A stretch of DNA of 32,738 nt, taken from Fonticula-like sp. SCN 57-25. Lineage: Eukaryota. The stretch's first letter is position 1. Every line of letters begins with the position of its first letter. The stretch spans positions 1 to 32,738 of the forward strand of contig MEDX01000041.1 of NCBI GenBank assembly GCA_001724245.1, written 5' to 3'. This document shows, one piece after another, positions 31,385 to 32,738 of the stretch. Under the pieces are notes generated by a model. The model saw nothing but the letters and a program-made list of their open reading frames with translations, was not told the DNA's origin and did not search any database. The position numbers and the translations under genes were made by a program.

Positions 31385-32738
31385 CTAGACGCTGTCGCAG
31401 TTGAGCGAAGCGCCCGCGAGCCCCGCGCTCTCGACGTCAGAGTCCATAGCAGTGCTCGCTTTAAATGCCACCGCGACCAGCTCGAATGGCGTGTCAGCAA
31501 GTTCGGGGCGCGTGGCGCGAAGGTGGCCAAAGAGCTGGCGGACGAGAGTCGACTTTTCGACGCGGAGGACAATGCGCGAACCATCTTTAAAAAAGAGTTT
31601 TAGTGAGCAAATTTGGCATAAAAAGGTATCAAAAAAGGCACACAACCATGTCCAAGTAACAATGAAACCGCAAATTAATCATGTTCAAGCAATAATATAA
31701 TAGATTTTCCTATTCAACGCACCCTGGAATCTGATCTGGATCCTTGTCGAATTGGGCGCCCCCACCGGCGGCTCCGACAACACAACCGCCTTTGCCGTCA
31801 TTGACGGGTGACTTTCCTGCTTCACCACCTGCTCAACATTGCCCTTTTCATGTCCATTAACGTCCTTTTCATGCTCAACATTGCCACTTTCCTGACCAAT
31901 AACACTGCTTCCATGCCCATTAACATTGCTTTCCGACGCCTCCTGCCTCGCCTGCGTCGACCTAAACTCTGCCTCTGACGCCTCGATAGCGCGCATGAGC
32001 TGCTCCTCCTCGCTCATCTCGCTAATTCTTGGCCGCTTTGTCTCGCCCGCGGGCGCCGTGTACGTCGCGCTCTCCTGCGAGTGCGTCGCCAGAAACTCGT
32101 CGAGCGTCGCCATCAGCTCATCGCGATCGACCGCATACTCGATGAGGAGGACGCGCTCGCGCGTGCGCGGGTCCAGCACGGCAATGTGCGGGAAGCTCGC
32201 GTTGCCGTACGTGGACTGGTACTCGACGCCGTCGGGCAGCGTGTGGCCGTACTGGACGAAAACAAAGCGCGAAAGGATCACAGACTTGATCGCGCCATCG
32301 CGCCACAGATCAAGGTTCTGGGTCTCGCACGCAAACTCGGCGGGGTTCATGAGGTTGACCATGAGCCAGCGGCCGCGCTTGAGGGCTTCGGAAAAGGCGG
32401 CGGAGAGGGGGCCGGAAGTGTACATCAGATCGGTGGGGGGGCGGTACAGATCGGCGAGGCCGGCGGGCTGATCGCCGACAGAGGGCGAGGCGGCGCCAAA
32501 GGCGGAGACGTGGCGGGAGGTCGAAGGTGCGGTGCGCATGCGGCCCTGCGCAACTGGAAAGATGACGCGCAGCATCAGCAACCAGACGAGCATTGGAATT
32601 CGACAATTACGCACCGATGCCAAAGCCGGAACCGTAGGGGTCAGGGTCCATGAGGCGAGCGCGCTGAGGGGCGATGGGCGCGCGAACATACTCTTCGTCG
32701 TCCACAGGGATGGGATCGCGGGGGGCAGAGGGGCGGGA
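31385..32738 (-). CDS. UBX domain protein, UBXN7/Ubx5-like (5' end outside window); exons >32738-32614, 32553-31723, 31584-31385
   Basis: EEYVRAPI, LADLYRPPTDLM, WLMVNL...EFACETQNLDLW (UAS domain), FPHIAVLDPRT, UIM SEEEQLMRAIEAS, UBX TRIQIRFQDGSRIV. Confidence 0.88.

Noticed and set aside
1-32738. Alternative genetic code, selenocysteine or U12-type introns
   Set aside because: TAA, TAG and TGA all end genes, no in-frame stops remain after splicing, and no AT-AC or RTATCCTT donors were seen.

Overview
Very compact, GC-rich eukaryotic genomic DNA, probably from an early-diverging fungus or a close holomycotan/opisthokont relative (inference from a FlbC-type C2H2 factor alongside Integrator INTS6, focadhesin, GCP5 and an AMT6/7-type MT-A70 protein). 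Manual splicing gives 19 protein-coding genes with 52 short introns (mostly 41-80 nt). In order: LIG4 (partial), METTL21-like methyltransferase, cyclophilin B, orphan type-I membrane protein, DOT1-like methyltransferase, MAP4K/CNH kinase, AMT6/7(MTA9/MetB)-like MT-A70 protein, ACAD8, hemerythrin/HHE protein, C2H2 TF, F-box/WD40, focadhesin, INTS6, DDX24/MAK5, Sel1-repeat protein, GCP5, PWP1, GCK-III kinase, UBXN7-like (partial). Main observations: (1) all 19 genes strictly alternate strand, forming 9 head-to-head pairs with tiny shared promoters; (2) the Sel1/GCP5 pair has no intergenic space, with start codons overlapping in one CATG palindrome; (3) 5' splice sites are almost all GTRCGY with no clear +4A, plus two GC-AG introns and five AAG acceptors; (4) a non-catalytic subunit of the ApT 6mA methyltransferase complex is present; (5) an intronless hemerythrin / zinc-finger / F-box trio. 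All family assignments come from recalled motifs, not database searches. No RNA genes, CRISPR arrays or mobile elements were found.
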